Virus record (IMG/VR): IMGVR_UViG_3300045988_140928
Coordinates: 88,692-152,691 of that record
Strand: one strand, 5' to 3'
Source: a virus
Length of the DNA: 64,000 nucleotides
Part shown: positions 15,839-24,835 of the stretch, piece after piece
Layout of the letters: the number at the start of each line of letters is the position of its first letter
Position numbering within the stretch: the first letter of the stretch is position 1
Translations under genes and position numbers: made by a program
The notes under the pieces: model-generated
Database searches by the model: none
Told to the model about the DNA's origin: nothing
Seen by the model: only the letters and a program-made list of their open reading frames with translations

Positions 15839-18838
15839 ATGAAAAGAATGTTAGTTGTATTGGATCATTATGACGCTGATATGTTTAAAGTAGTTAATAA
15901 AAAAGCTGAGGGTAACTTTTTACATAGCGTAGTAGGTTCAATTATTTCTAATAAAATTATTGGTCACCCAAAGACTGGTTTAGATACTAAAGACACGACA
16001 GTAGATTTAAAGTTTTTTTATACTGATAAGGTACCGCCTCGTAATAAGTACACTAATGCAGTAGTTAAGCCCCCTGCTAGTATTTTGCATAAGAAGCGTG
16101 ACGAGATGGTTCAATACATTTTAGATACTAAACCAGATATTGTAGTCTCCTATGGAAGCTGGTTTAAAAATGAATTAACCTCTTTATATAAGCTCCCTAA
16201 GGATATGTTTGAATTAATTCCGTTTAAGCTACCCCAAAGTGACTTTACTACTTATCTAGTATTTAATCCGTCATTGAAACAACAATTCTTCTTAGGTAGT
16301 TATGAACGAGATAAGATGATTATTAGTAATCGAATGGTTAATCGGTTTTTAAAAGGCGGAATTGAAAATACTAAACCACAGTTTGGTAAGTATCGTTTAG
16401 TTACTAATTATCATGAGGTAGAACGTATTTTTAATGAAGTTTTACCTAAGTACCCAATCATCGCACTAGACTTTGAAACTAATACCCTTGAAACCTATCG
16501 TAAAGGTGCTAAAGCTATTATGGTAAGTATGAGTTGGGAGGAGCACCAAGGGGTTTCAATCCCACTTAACCACCGTCTTAGTCCTAATTTGTGGACTAAG
16601 GAACAATTCGATAATATCATTAATATGATTAAAGAATTAATGATGAAAGATCAGCGTAAGGTTTTGCATAACTGTATCTATGATATTCATATGATGATGG
16701 ATATTTACGGACTAGAGTATGCTACTAATTGTGTTGATACCATGCTTATGTATTATGAGACAGTAGACGAAAACCAAGGTGCTCAGCGTGGGTTAAAGCA
16801 TTTAGCTTATAAGTATACTGATATGGGTGGTTATGAAGACGAACGTGACCGAGCTATTGAGCAGTATTTAAAGAATGATTATGACCGTTGGTATTCTACT
16901 GAGATGGAGAAGTACGAAAAAGGCGAACGTAGTCGTAAGCCAAGTAAGACCCAGTATACAGCTCCTACTAACCAAGTAGATGGAGGTAAAGTAGACTTCG
17001 AATGGTTACCTATGGAAACTATTTATAAGTATGCTTCTGCTGATACTGATGTTACGCTCCAGCTTTATCACATTTTCGATAAGAAGGTTAAGTCCCGTCC
17101 TAAGTGGATTAAGTTCTGCTATGAATTCTTCCCACAATTATGTGATACTTTAGCTTATATGCAACATACTGGTTTTCAAATGGATATGGATAAGATGGAG
17201 AAGTACAGAAAGCACTTCACTAAAGATATTGAAGAAGTTACTAAAAAGATGTACGAGGTCTCTCCTGAAATTCAAGAATATGAAAATCATAATTTAGCTC
17301 TTTTGCAAGAACGGGAACAGATTAAGACTATTAAACCTGCTAATCGGACACCGGAGCAGAAAGAAAAGTTTAAGGAATATGGTAAATTACGTGGTGAAGA
17401 TACTAATGGTATTCCTAAGTATAAGTTTAACCCCGGATCTAGTGAAAAGATTGGTTATGTTTTATATCATATGCTAGGTTACAAACTACCTGCTGATAAA
17501 GAGTATTTAAAGCCAAAAGCTGTCCAGTCTCGTAAGTTAAGCCACCCAGAGAAGCTCACGTGGAAAGATTATAAGACTGATCGTAATTCAGCCCTACCTT
17601 ATATTAAAAAGACTTATCATGCTCCTTTAGTAGATTTATTATTAACTTATTCCAATGATAAGAAGATGATTAGTTCTACTATTGAGGGATATAGTAAGTT
17701 GGCTGATGATACGGGCAAGCTTCATACTACATTTCACCCTACTGGAACTGTGACTAGTCGACTTGCATCTAGTGGACCAAATTTACAGAATGTGAAAAAA
17801 CCTACAAGCAATGTAAATGATCCTAATTATAATTACTCGGCTAAGGGATTATTTAAATCACGTTTTAAGGATGGATATATTTTTAATATTGATTATAAGT
17901 CACTAGAAATTTTTGTATCGTCTTTAATTTCTAAGGATATTGGTATGATGCAGGCTTTAATGGATGGCGCAGATATACATAAACGTAATGCCAGTTTAGC
18001 CTTTAACATTCCTATTGATGAGGTAGATTCCGAACATAGATACCTTGCGAAAGCGGTTTCATTCGGACTTCTATATGGCGAGTCTCCACAGGGGCTTTCA
18101 GACTCTCGTGGATTAACTTTAGAAGAAGCTCAACAAGTTTATGATAAAGTGCTAAGTGCGATGCCACAAATGCAAAAGGCGATTGAAGTTACCGAAGACT
18201 TTGTAGAGCAACGAGGATATGTAGAGACGATTGCAGGGCACGTAAGACGTTTGCCAGAAGCTACTCAAAGCTTAGACTATGGTAAGAAATCTCGTGCTAT
18301 ACGTCAGTCCTTTAACGCAGTGGTACAAGGTAGTTCTGCCTATTGTACTAATACTGCTTTGATTATTATTCGTAATATGATACGTAAATTTAAGCTAAAG
18401 TCTCGTATTGCTATTACAGTTCATGATTCGATCGTTTTAGACGTACACCCAGATGAGATTGATATTGTCCCTAAGATGGTTAAAAGAGTAATGGATCATT
18501 TACCTATCCAAGACTTTATTCTTAACATAAAAGATTACCCTAATTTGAAAATTGCTGATAAGTATAAGATTAACGATACTCAGTTCCGTTTTCCGTTGTT
18601 TGGTGAACTTGCTTTTGGTAAGACTTATGGTGATGACCTTGACTTTGACTTTGATGATTATGAAGCTTTAGGAATTGCTAAATATTATGAGTTTAGCATG
18701 AAGTGTAAGTATATTGAGGATAAAGCTAATACTGATTTAAGCAATGAAGACGATAATGATAAGAAAGCCGAGATTGTTAAACAACGTGATAAAGATATTA
18801 AAGAATTAAGGTCTAAGTACTTTGAGAAGGAGAATTAG
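15839..18838 (+). CDS. polA: family A DNA polymerase with 3'-5' exonuclease domain
   Basis: Exo I ALDFETN. Pol motif A DYKSLEIFV. Motif B RYLAKAVSFGLLYG. Motif C VHDSIVLD. A continuous 999-aa ORF with no intron. Confidence 0.92.
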   Translation: MKRMLVVLDHYDADMFKVVNKKAEGNFLHSVVGSIISNKIIGHPKTGLDTKDTTVDLKFFYTDKVPPRNKYTNAVVKPPASILHKKRDEMVQYILDTKPDIVVSYGSWFKNELTSLYKLPKDMFELIPFKLPQSDFTTYLVFNPSLKQQFFLGSYERDKMIISNRMVNRFLKGGIENTKPQFGKYRLVTNYHEVERIFNEVLPKYPIIALDFETNTLETYRKGAKAIMVSMSWEEHQGVSIPLNHRLSPNLWTKEQFDNIINMIKELMMKDQRKVLHNCIYDIHMMMDIYGLEYATNCVDTMLMYYETVDENQGAQRGLKHLAYKYTDMGGYEDERDRAIEQYLKNDYDRWYSTEMEKYEKGERSRKPSKTQYTAPTNQVDGGKVDFEWLPMETIYKYASADTDVTLQLYHIFDKKVKSRPKWIKFCYEFFPQLCDTLAYMQHTGFQMDMDKMEKYRKHFTKDIEEVTKKMYEVSPEIQEYENHNLALLQEREQIKTIKPANRTPEQKEKFKEYGKLRGEDTNGIPKYKFNPGSSEKIGYVLYHMLGYKLPADKEYLKPKAVQSRKLSHPEKLTWKDYKTDRNSALPYIKKTYHAPLVDLLLTYSNDKKMISSTIEGYSKLADDTGKLHTTFHPTGTVTSRLASSGPNLQNVKKPTSNVNDPNYNYSAKGLFKSRFKDGYIFNIDYKSLEIFVSSLISKDIGMMQALMDGADIHKRNASLAFNIPIDEVDSEHRYLAKAVSFGLLYGESPQGLSDSRGLTLEEAQQVYDKVLSAMPQMQKAIEVTEDFVEQRGYVETIAGHVRRLPEATQSLDYGKKSRAIRQSFNAVVQGSSAYCTNTALIIIRNMIRKFKLKSRIAITVHDSIVLDVHPDEIDIVPKMVKRVMDHLPIQDFILNIKDYPNLKIADKYKINDTQFRFPLFGELAFGKTYGDDLDFDFDDYEALGIAKYYEFSMKCKYIEDKANTDLSNEDDNDKKAEIVKQRDKDIKELRSKYFEKEN

Positions 18839-18841
18839 ATA

Positions 18842-19537
18842 GTGTACGCTAAAGATTGTTATACAGGTTTAAAAGTTGGCAGATTAACTTTAATTAAACA
18901 AATATCTTGGGTTCCCCGTACAGTAAAAGTTAATGGTTGGTTATGCCGATGTGATTGTGGTAATTTAGTTAAAGTTAGAACTAATTCTATAGGTAGCCCA
19001 ACGATTTCATGTGGTTGTTATAATAGAGAAAAAGCATCTAAAGGTTCTAAAGCTTATTCACAGAAAGGTAATCCTTATTATAGACTGTATCGTGTATGGT
19101 GCGCTCTTCGGGAGCGTTGTGATAAGCCATCGTCTAAAGATTATGCTAACTATGGGGGTCGAGGTATAAAATATGACCCCTCATGGTCAAAGTTTGAGAA
19201 CTTTTTAGACTGGTCTATTGATAATGGGTATGATTATCATAAAACAGGCGTAGAACAATCTTTAGATCGAATTGATGTTAATGGTGATTACTCATCTAGT
19301 AACTGTAGATGGGTTGATGACTGTATACAGGCAAATAATAAGAGAAATAATGTTTTAATATCTTATCATGGTGTTACAAAAACGATTCGAGGATGGTCTG
19401 ATTATTTTAATCTACCCTTTGATTTAGTTCGTAGTAGATATAAAGAAGGATATACCGGAGATGATCTTTTTAGGCCTAAAGGTAGTAGGAGTAAAAAGTT
19501 TAAAAATAAATATTTTAAAAAGGTTGACAATAACTAG
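18842..19537 (+). CDS. free-standing homing-endonuclease-like protein (Cys-rich N-terminus, SLDRID..NCRWV motif)
   Basis: CRCDCG...CGC cluster, YGGRGI, and LDRIDVNGDYSSSNCRWV as in phage HNH_3/NUMOD-type endonucleases. GTG start 9 nt after AAGGAG. Confidence 0.5.
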   Translation: MYAKDCYTGLKVGRLTLIKQISWVPRTVKVNGWLCRCDCGNLVKVRTNSIGSPTISCGCYNREKASKGSKAYSQKGNPYYRLYRVWCALRERCDKPSSKDYANYGGRGIKYDPSWSKFENFLDWSIDNGYDYHKTGVEQSLDRIDVNGDYSSSNCRWVDDCIQANNKRNNVLISYHGVTKTIRGWSDYFNLPFDLVRSRYKEGYTGDDLFRPKGSRSKKFKNKYFKKVDNN

Positions 19538-19615
19538 TAATTAGTTTATTATAATAAATGTTGACAGGAAGTGTTAACGAATCTGATTTTAACAAGTTGT
19601 ACCTAGCATAAAGGC

Positions 19616-19800
19616 GTTCCTATTTTATTAAAAGTTTAATATGGGTTATTGTTACGTCCAGCTAGAAATTACAGCTAATCGCATAAAACAGTTCCTATTT
19701 AAGTTTGATTTGAAATCAATCTACAGTTTACTGTTAGCGATTAATGAAAGTTCCTTATAGCGGGTACATAGCGTGCACAGCCCGTTGTAGGGAACTTTTT
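19616..19800 (+). promoter_or_regulatory. structured leader with strong intrinsic terminator directly upstream of 19827 gene (attenuator candidate)
   Basis: Nested helices 19676-82/19737-43, 19687-92/19730-35 and 19705-09/19715-19. An 18-bp hairpin 19747-64/19781-98 is followed by T5, and the RBS follows within 12 nt. GTTCCTAT-type 5'-arm sequence occurs 3 times (19616, 19691, 19750). Confidence 0.5.
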
Positions 19801-19826
19801 ACATATACAGGAAAGGAAGTATAATA

Positions 19827-21914
19827 ATGAAAAACTTTTCATATAATACGTTAAATTCAATTAATAATAAAACTATTCGCTTGTTTAAGGGAGTAGATAT
19901 GGATGTTCAGGGGGATAAGATTTCTCGTTCTGTTGCAGAAGTTCAAAACATGGCTAGATATGCTATGAATTACGGAATTATGTTTGATACTGAAATCTTA
20001 AAGTCTATTTCTGTAAAGGTATTAAACAATATTATTAATACAGCAGAAAAATATTATGGAATTAGTAATGGTATGGTTAATTCAACCTTTTTCCAAACAT
20101 TAGACCAAAATATTAATACACCTACTTATATGCGAATGTATATGCAAGCTCTTAATTACTTGCAAACATACGGTGGAGTTAATGTAACTAGTCACGAAAC
20201 TGTTCAGTTTAGTTCTAACCGTCAATTAGATGATAGTGTTAAATTGGACTTACAGCAGAACTTTACAATGATTTCTGCTTTTACAACCGAGGAATTAGAA
20301 CAAAAGGTTCAATCCTTGCTTTATAGTGGTATGGCTTTAGAGTCTAAGGATGTTGAGGACTTAATTTATTTAATTAGTAAGTTAAGCCTAAAGATTGAAA
20401 TTAGCAAAGTTAAGAACCGTGAAGCTATGATGAAGCTTAGTAAGGAATTAGATCTTTATCCAGCAAATCCAGATATGTTTATGAATTACATTTACAGTCT
20501 AGTTACTGGTGACACAATGCTGGTAAAGAATGAACAAACCTACCTTAAGTTTAATGCTAGGCTTGACTCTACTAATGATTTTGTCTATTCATTAATGCAC
20601 GAATATGACAATAACCCTGCAACACCTTCGTTAAGATCTTTGGTTAACCGTTATCACAAGATGTTCTTAATCTTACGTAAGAATGCTTCTTCAAAGGAAG
20701 AAAGACGTTTTTACAATCGTATTATGCGCCAAGGTAAGAACACTAAGAAAAATTATCGCCAAAGAGGGATTTTAGATCAGTTGCCAGAATACATTAAAGG
20801 CGAAGTATCTTTTACTGAAAAGCAGATTTTAGATGCTTTATCTAATGCTAGTACTTACAAGTTAGCTCGTATTTACACTTATTTAGTTAACCTAGATAAG
20901 AAAGATAAGAATGGATCATTATATCGAATTCGTAATGGTAAATCTTATTACGTACCTAGTAAGCACGATCTTGATGAGCTTCTTAACTCATTTATTTCTT
21001 TTAAGAGTGTTGTTAATAATAAAGCAATTAAAGATTTAGTTTCTAAGATTGTTGAAGAGCTTTTCCGGCGGGGGAAAAACGCTTTTGCTGATAATGATAA
21101 TAAAACTGTCTACTATATTCCGGGTGGGTTGTACTACAGTATTCCTACCTCTGGTAAGCAGTTTACTGGTAATATTCCAGACTACACTAGCTTTGATTTT
21201 CAATTAATTGGTGACGAACGACTCGGTGTGGGTATTCACTGGGATAAGCAAGCAGATATTGACCTACATGCTGTTACTTTAGATGGTGACACGTTTGGTT
21301 GGAATACTGATTGGTTGAATGATGATACTAAAGTTGTTTATTCTGGTGATATGACACACTTAGACGATAGTGGAAACGCTAGTGAAATCATGTCTATTTC
21401 TAAAGACTTAGATAAACCAATTTTATTATCTGTCTCTCCATACTACGTTAATGAGATTTACAAAGACTTTAATTTTGATTTATTTGTAACTCGCTTTAAC
21501 CAAGGGAAACTTAATTCAGATTTAAATTTAGATACGCCTGAGGTCTATGTTAAGTCTATCTCTAAAGATGCTTTTAATATTAATAAGTTATCCTTTAAGA
21601 ACCGAAGTACTATGACTATTGGGGTGATCATTCCTCGTGGAGATGGCAAATTTAGTTTCGTACTTACTAACTTTAACTTCGGAAGAGTACACGTTCCAGA
21701 CCAAGATCAGAACAAGCAGTTATTAAGTTATCTTAGTGACTATACTGAAAACGTCCCACTATTAAACAACATTTTAGGCGGTAAGTTAGTTGATGATAAA
21801 GACTTATTACCACGTTATACAGAACACGGTTATGATGTAGTGGATCTATCTCCAGCAAACGTTACTGTTGATACCTTTACTGATTTAATTAATAAGTTAG
21901 ACGAGAATAAATAA
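19827..21914 (+). CDS. large hypothetical protein with C-terminal TerD-like domain
   Basis: GVGIHWDKQADIDLHAVTLDG....VVYSGDMTHLDDSGNASEIMSISKDLDKPILLSVSPYY fits the TerD pattern (GW d...DLD...GD...E.i.i.L...i.f.v..y). Confidence 0.75.
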   Translation: MKNFSYNTLNSINNKTIRLFKGVDMDVQGDKISRSVAEVQNMARYAMNYGIMFDTEILKSISVKVLNNIINTAEKYYGISNGMVNSTFFQTLDQNINTPTYMRMYMQALNYLQTYGGVNVTSHETVQFSSNRQLDDSVKLDLQQNFTMISAFTTEELEQKVQSLLYSGMALESKDVEDLIYLISKLSLKIEISKVKNREAMMKLSKELDLYPANPDMFMNYIYSLVTGDTMLVKNEQTYLKFNARLDSTNDFVYSLMHEYDNNPATPSLRSLVNRYHKMFLILRKNASSKEERRFYNRIMRQGKNTKKNYRQRGILDQLPEYIKGEVSFTEKQILDALSNASTYKLARIYTYLVNLDKKDKNGSLYRIRNGKSYYVPSKHDLDELLNSFISFKSVVNNKAIKDLVSKIVEELFRRGKNAFADNDNKTVYYIPGGLYYSIPTSGKQFTGNIPDYTSFDFQLIGDERLGVGIHWDKQADIDLHAVTLDGDTFGWNTDWLNDDTKVVYSGDMTHLDDSGNASEIMSISKDLDKPILLSVSPYYVNEIYKDFNFDLFVTRFNQGKLNSDLNLDTPEVYVKSISKDAFNINKLSFKNRSTMTIGVIIPRGDGKFSFVLTNFNFGRVHVPDQDQNKQLLSYLSDYTENVPLLNNILGGKLVDDKDLLPRYTEHGYDVVDLSPANVTVDTFTDLINKLDENK

Positions 21915-21920
21915 TTAATA

Positions 21921-21945
21921 AGAGACTTTCGGGTCTCTTTTTATT
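21921..21945 (+). terminator. intrinsic terminator
   Basis: AGAGAC/GTCTCT stem followed by TTTTATTTT. Confidence 0.7.
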
Positions 21946-21951
21946 TTATCT

Positions 21952-21995
21952 TTTTGTACAAAAGTAGTTGAATATTTAACTAAAAGTGTTATACT
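21952..21995 (+). promoter_or_regulatory. conserved phage promoter module, copy A (TTTTGTACAAAA palindrome, TTGAAT -35, TGtTATACT extended -10)
   Basis: TTGAAT 21968-73, 16-nt spacer, TATACT 21990-95 preceded by TGT. Near-identical modules lie at 26804-26847, 44758-44785 (minus strand) and 63944-63987 (minus strand). Confidence 0.6.
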
Positions 21996-22026
21996 TATAA
22001 TTGAAATAAGGAAAGGAAGGGATAAG

Positions 22027-22575
22027 ATGAGTTTATATGGCAATTATGTTCCAGAAAACATTGAAATGACTTATAATAAGTTTCAAGAACTAGAGGGCAA
22101 ACAAAAAGCTTTACAAGAAGAATATGAAGATAAAGCTAAATTTATGATGGGCGATTATAACCTATATGACCCTAATATCAAAACTTTAGTAACTGGTTAT
22201 TCTTTGGGTGAAGTTATTTTTAGTGCTTGGAAACATGATTTGTACGAGAATGTTACAGGTATTTTTTATGACTTAGTTGCAAGTATTGAGAAAGCGATTT
22301 ATAAGAATAAGGGTAAAAAAGTTGCTAAGGACGTTGACCTTGTTGGTAACTTTGTAAAGTACTTTAGTAAGTCTGGGGATAAGGAATCAGCTAAACTCGA
22401 CATTGAGAACTTTTGCTTAGACCTTGACGAGTGGGTTGAAGAATTAAAGATTGAACATGATAGTCGATACTTCTATGTTCCAGACCCTCTGCTTATCTTA
22501 CAGAATACAGACAATAATGATATAAAAGGACTTGCTGAAATTATTTATGAAGGTGGGGTTAAGAAAGTATGCTAA
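22027..22575 (+). CDS. hypothetical protein
   Basis: ORF track. GGAAAGGAAGGG SD upstream. Confidence 0.75.
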   Translation: MSLYGNYVPENIEMTYNKFQELEGKQKALQEEYEDKAKFMMGDYNLYDPNIKTLVTGYSLGEVIFSAWKHDLYENVTGIFYDLVASIEKAIYKNKGKKVAKDVDLVGNFVKYFSKSGDKESAKLDIENFCLDLDEWVEELKIEHDSRYFYVPDPLLILQNTDNNDIKGLAEIIYEGGVKKVC

Positions 22576-22823
22576 GCTTACAAACAGTTAAACTGGTTAA
22601 GATATTAAAGGAACGTCCTTTACCAGAAAAGATTGCTAAAGAGCTTGAAAGTTTAAAACTAAACCCTAACAATTATGTGTTTGTTGACTATGATATTACT
22701 TGTCATATTGGTCACCGTCGTTATACAGACCGTATTTGTCTTAGAGAAGAATGGGAAGCTCTTAAAGCAACTGGTTATGAGTTAGAGTATGTAGATCATG
22801 ACAAGATTATCCCTAACGATTAA
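22569..22823 (+). CDS. hypothetical protein
   Basis: ORF track. Start overlaps the upstream stop. Confidence 0.65.
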   Translation: MLSLQTVKLVKILKERPLPEKIAKELESLKLNPNNYVFVDYDITCHIGHRRYTDRICLREEWEALKATGYELEYVDHDKIIPND

Positions 22824-23058
22824 AAAGTATGTTATGATTTTTAATCAACTTTTAGGTAATGAGATTGTAGTTAAGTCTTACGATAATTGGATTATGTTCT
22901 ATTATCAAGATAATATCATTGCTACAATTTGTTATGTTAATGATGTTTTTAAATTTAGTGTGGCAGACTGGGAAGTAAATGATAAAATACTTGCTAAGCT
23001 AGATCCAATTATTGGTAAAGTTAGTTTAATGAATTTAGAAGTTAAAGGATTGTTGTAA
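22798..23058 (+). CDS. hypothetical protein (alternative start 22834)
   Basis: ORF track. Weak SD for either start. Confidence 0.55.
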   Translation: MTRLSLTIKKYVMIFNQLLGNEIVVKSYDNWIMFYYQDNIIATICYVNDVFKFSVADWEVNDKILAKLDPIIGKVSLMNLEVKGLL

Positions 23059-23654
23059 TGTTTAAAGTATATTTTAATTATGGTTGTATGAAATCTGGCA
23101 AAACCGCTGATTTATTAATTACTGCTCACAATAACAAAGAAAAGGGAGTACCTGTTTATATCCTTTCACCTAAGATTGATACTCGTAATGGTGAAGGTGT
23201 GATTTCTACTCGAATTGGTATTTCAGCTAAAGCTGATTTTATCTTGGATAGATATGATAAAGAATTACATGAATTTATTGCTAAAGTCTATAATGAGGAC
23301 GGAATGATTATTATTGACGAATGCCAATTTGTTGACCCACTTACGGTTCATTCAATGTGTCAATACTGTCGAGATCTGGACTTTGGTATCACAAGACAAA
23401 AGAATAACTTTAGCATTATTGCATATGGTCTTTTAACTGATTATCGTTCTAGTTTATTTGACGGTACGATTGCTTGGTTAGACGAGGCAGACTCAATTAA
23501 TAAGATTAAATTTAGTTGTGCTTATTGTTCAAGACAAGCTACCCGTAATCTTTTAGTAAATAAAGTAGATCATGACGGTAATGTTTTAATTGGTGATAGT
23601 GAATACAAACCTGTCTGTTCTTATCACTATTGGAAATATAATAATAATAATTAG
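23058..23654 (+). CDS. tdk: thymidine kinase
   Basis: P-loop MKSGKTADLL, IIIDECQF, and C-terminal zinc ligands CAYC...CSYH. Confidence 0.85.
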   Translation: MFKVYFNYGCMKSGKTADLLITAHNNKEKGVPVYILSPKIDTRNGEGVISTRIGISAKADFILDRYDKELHEFIAKVYNEDGMIIIDECQFVDPLTVHSMCQYCRDLDFGITRQKNNFSIIAYGLLTDYRSSLFDGTIAWLDEADSINKIKFSCAYCSRQATRNLLVNKVDHDGNVLIGDSEYKPVCSYHYWKYNNNN

Positions 23655-23685
23655 TTTTATATGGAGTGGGAGTAAATGAATAAGT

Positions 23686-23826
23686 ATGTTGGAATAGGTT
23701 TATTGATTATGTTTTTAATTGTTTTGAAAATGTTTTCAGTTGCAATTGCTAGTGCAATTACAATTACAGTAGTATTAGGGGTTGCATTAATTTGTGATCT
23801 ATTAGAAAGGAATAATTTAGATGAAT
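23686..23826 (+). CDS. small membrane protein (46 aa)
   Basis: Below the ORF-track cutoff. ATG follows GGAGTGGGAG. Hydrophobic sequence MNKYVGIGLLIMFLIVLKMFSVAIASAITITVVLGVALI. The stop overlaps the next start. Confidence 0.5.
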
Positions 23827-24018
23827 GATTTAGAAAAAGCTTATTGGCTAGTTTTTGATAGCGGGATTACGCCTTATGAATTAGCAAAGAAATTAGGTGT
23901 TTCTACTACTTTAGTTTATCGTTGGCAGAAAGATAGTGATACCTTACGCCGTATACAACGTAAAACATTAGATAAGTTGGTAAGTGTCTATGACTCGATT
24001 AAAAAAGAAGAAGATTAG
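23821..24018 (+). CDS. small HTH DNA-binding protein
   Basis: ITPYELAKKLGVSTTLVYRWQKD is HTH-like. Confidence 0.6.
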   Translation: MNDLEKAYWLVFDSGITPYELAKKLGVSTTLVYRWQKDSDTLRRIQRKTLDKLVSVYDSIKKEED

Positions 24019-24148
24019 TTTTAATAAAGTAGTAGGTTGGCTAACTGTAGCTGAAGCCTTATTGTTTTTAACCTACTTTGATTGGTTTTTATATTTGTTT
24101 CCTGTGTGGATAATTTTAGGTGGATGGTGGGTGATGAAAAATGCCTGA
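23990..24148 (+). CDS. small membrane protein (52 aa)
   Basis: Below the track cutoff. MTRLKKKKISFNKVVGWLTVAEALLFLTYFDWFLYLFPVWIILGGWWV. Overlaps both neighbours, in the same style as other junctions here. Confidence 0.4.
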   Translation: MTRLKKKKISFNKVVGWLTVAEALLFLTYFDWFLYLFPVWIILGGWWVMKNA

Positions 24149-24662
24149 GAGTACGAAAGAGATTTTAGATACATTAGATCAAGCATATGTTAATGAGTTT
24201 AGAAAACATCATATTCTTTATAAGAAAATAGATGATTATAATTACTTATTAATGCACCAAGGAAAGTTTTGTTATCTGTTTTGTGCGAGTATCGCCCGCC
24301 CGTTCTTAGCTTATTATCCATTATTAGAAAGTTTTAGATCTGAGGTTTTTGATAACGTCTTAGAACAGGTCATTACTAAGGTTTCTAATTCAAATACTAA
24401 AGAATATGGTTTTAATACCATACTAAGTTGTTCTGGGTATCCGAATTATGAAATGGTAATTGGAAATGCTAATTTTTATCATAGTAGGTGCAAAAATTAT
24501 GAGAAGGCAATTGATAAAAAGAAACGTGCTTATCATTGTAGAATTCAGAATGGGTATCTTGATGAGTCTAATCGTATCTTGTTGGAGGAGATCAGATTAT
24601 CCCTAACAGGTTATAAGAATTTTAAGGAAATGCGACAAAAGGTTTATGGTGACTTATTATGA
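24141..24662 (+). CDS. hypothetical protein
   Basis: ORF track. Confidence 0.7.
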   Translation: MPESTKEILDTLDQAYVNEFRKHHILYKKIDDYNYLLMHQGKFCYLFCASIARPFLAYYPLLESFRSEVFDNVLEQVITKVSNSNTKEYGFNTILSCSGYPNYEMVIGNANFYHSRCKNYEKAIDKKKRAYHCRIQNGYLDESNRILLEEIRLSLTGYKNFKEMRQKVYGDLL

Positions 24663-24835
24663 AAAGATTTTTAAGCGAGTGTGGTGTAATTCTAGGTGTT
24701 GTAGCTATTGGTGTTTGCTATACCTTGTATCTTTATTTGATTTTCTCAGTTCTAACTGGGTTAATCAGTGTGGTTGTAGCTCTAATTCCAGCAATTCTAG
24801 TTTTAATATTATTAGGGGTACATTCCGTTGAGTAA
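24659..24835 (+). CDS. small two-TM membrane protein (58 aa)
   Basis: ATGA overlap with the upstream stop. Translates to MKRFLSECGVILGVVAIGVCYTLYLYLIFSVLTGLISVVVALIPAILVLILLG. Preferred over the Cys/Ser-rich track ORF 24646..24831 in another frame. Confidence 0.55.
   Translation: MKRFLSECGVILGVVAIGVCYTLYLYLIFSVLTGLISVVVALIPAILVLILLGVHSVE

Noticed and set aside
15839-18838. Group I intron or intein in the DNA polymerase gene (common in SPO1/Twort-like phages)
   Set aside because: The ORF is continuous for 999 aa, with exo and pol motifs A, B and C in order and no unexplained insertion that I could see.
21951-21963. Similarity of CTTTTTGTAC... to the 5' end of a streptococcal type II-A CRISPR repeat (solitary-repeat RNA anti-CRISPR idea)
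   Set aside because: Only about 9 nt match from memory. The sequence is better explained as a palindromic element of the conserved promoter module.
24646-24831. Track ORF 24646..24831 (+), Cys/Ser-rich 61 aa
   Set aside because: The alternative frame 24659..24835 gives a clean two-TM peptide with an ATGA overlap to the upstream stop.
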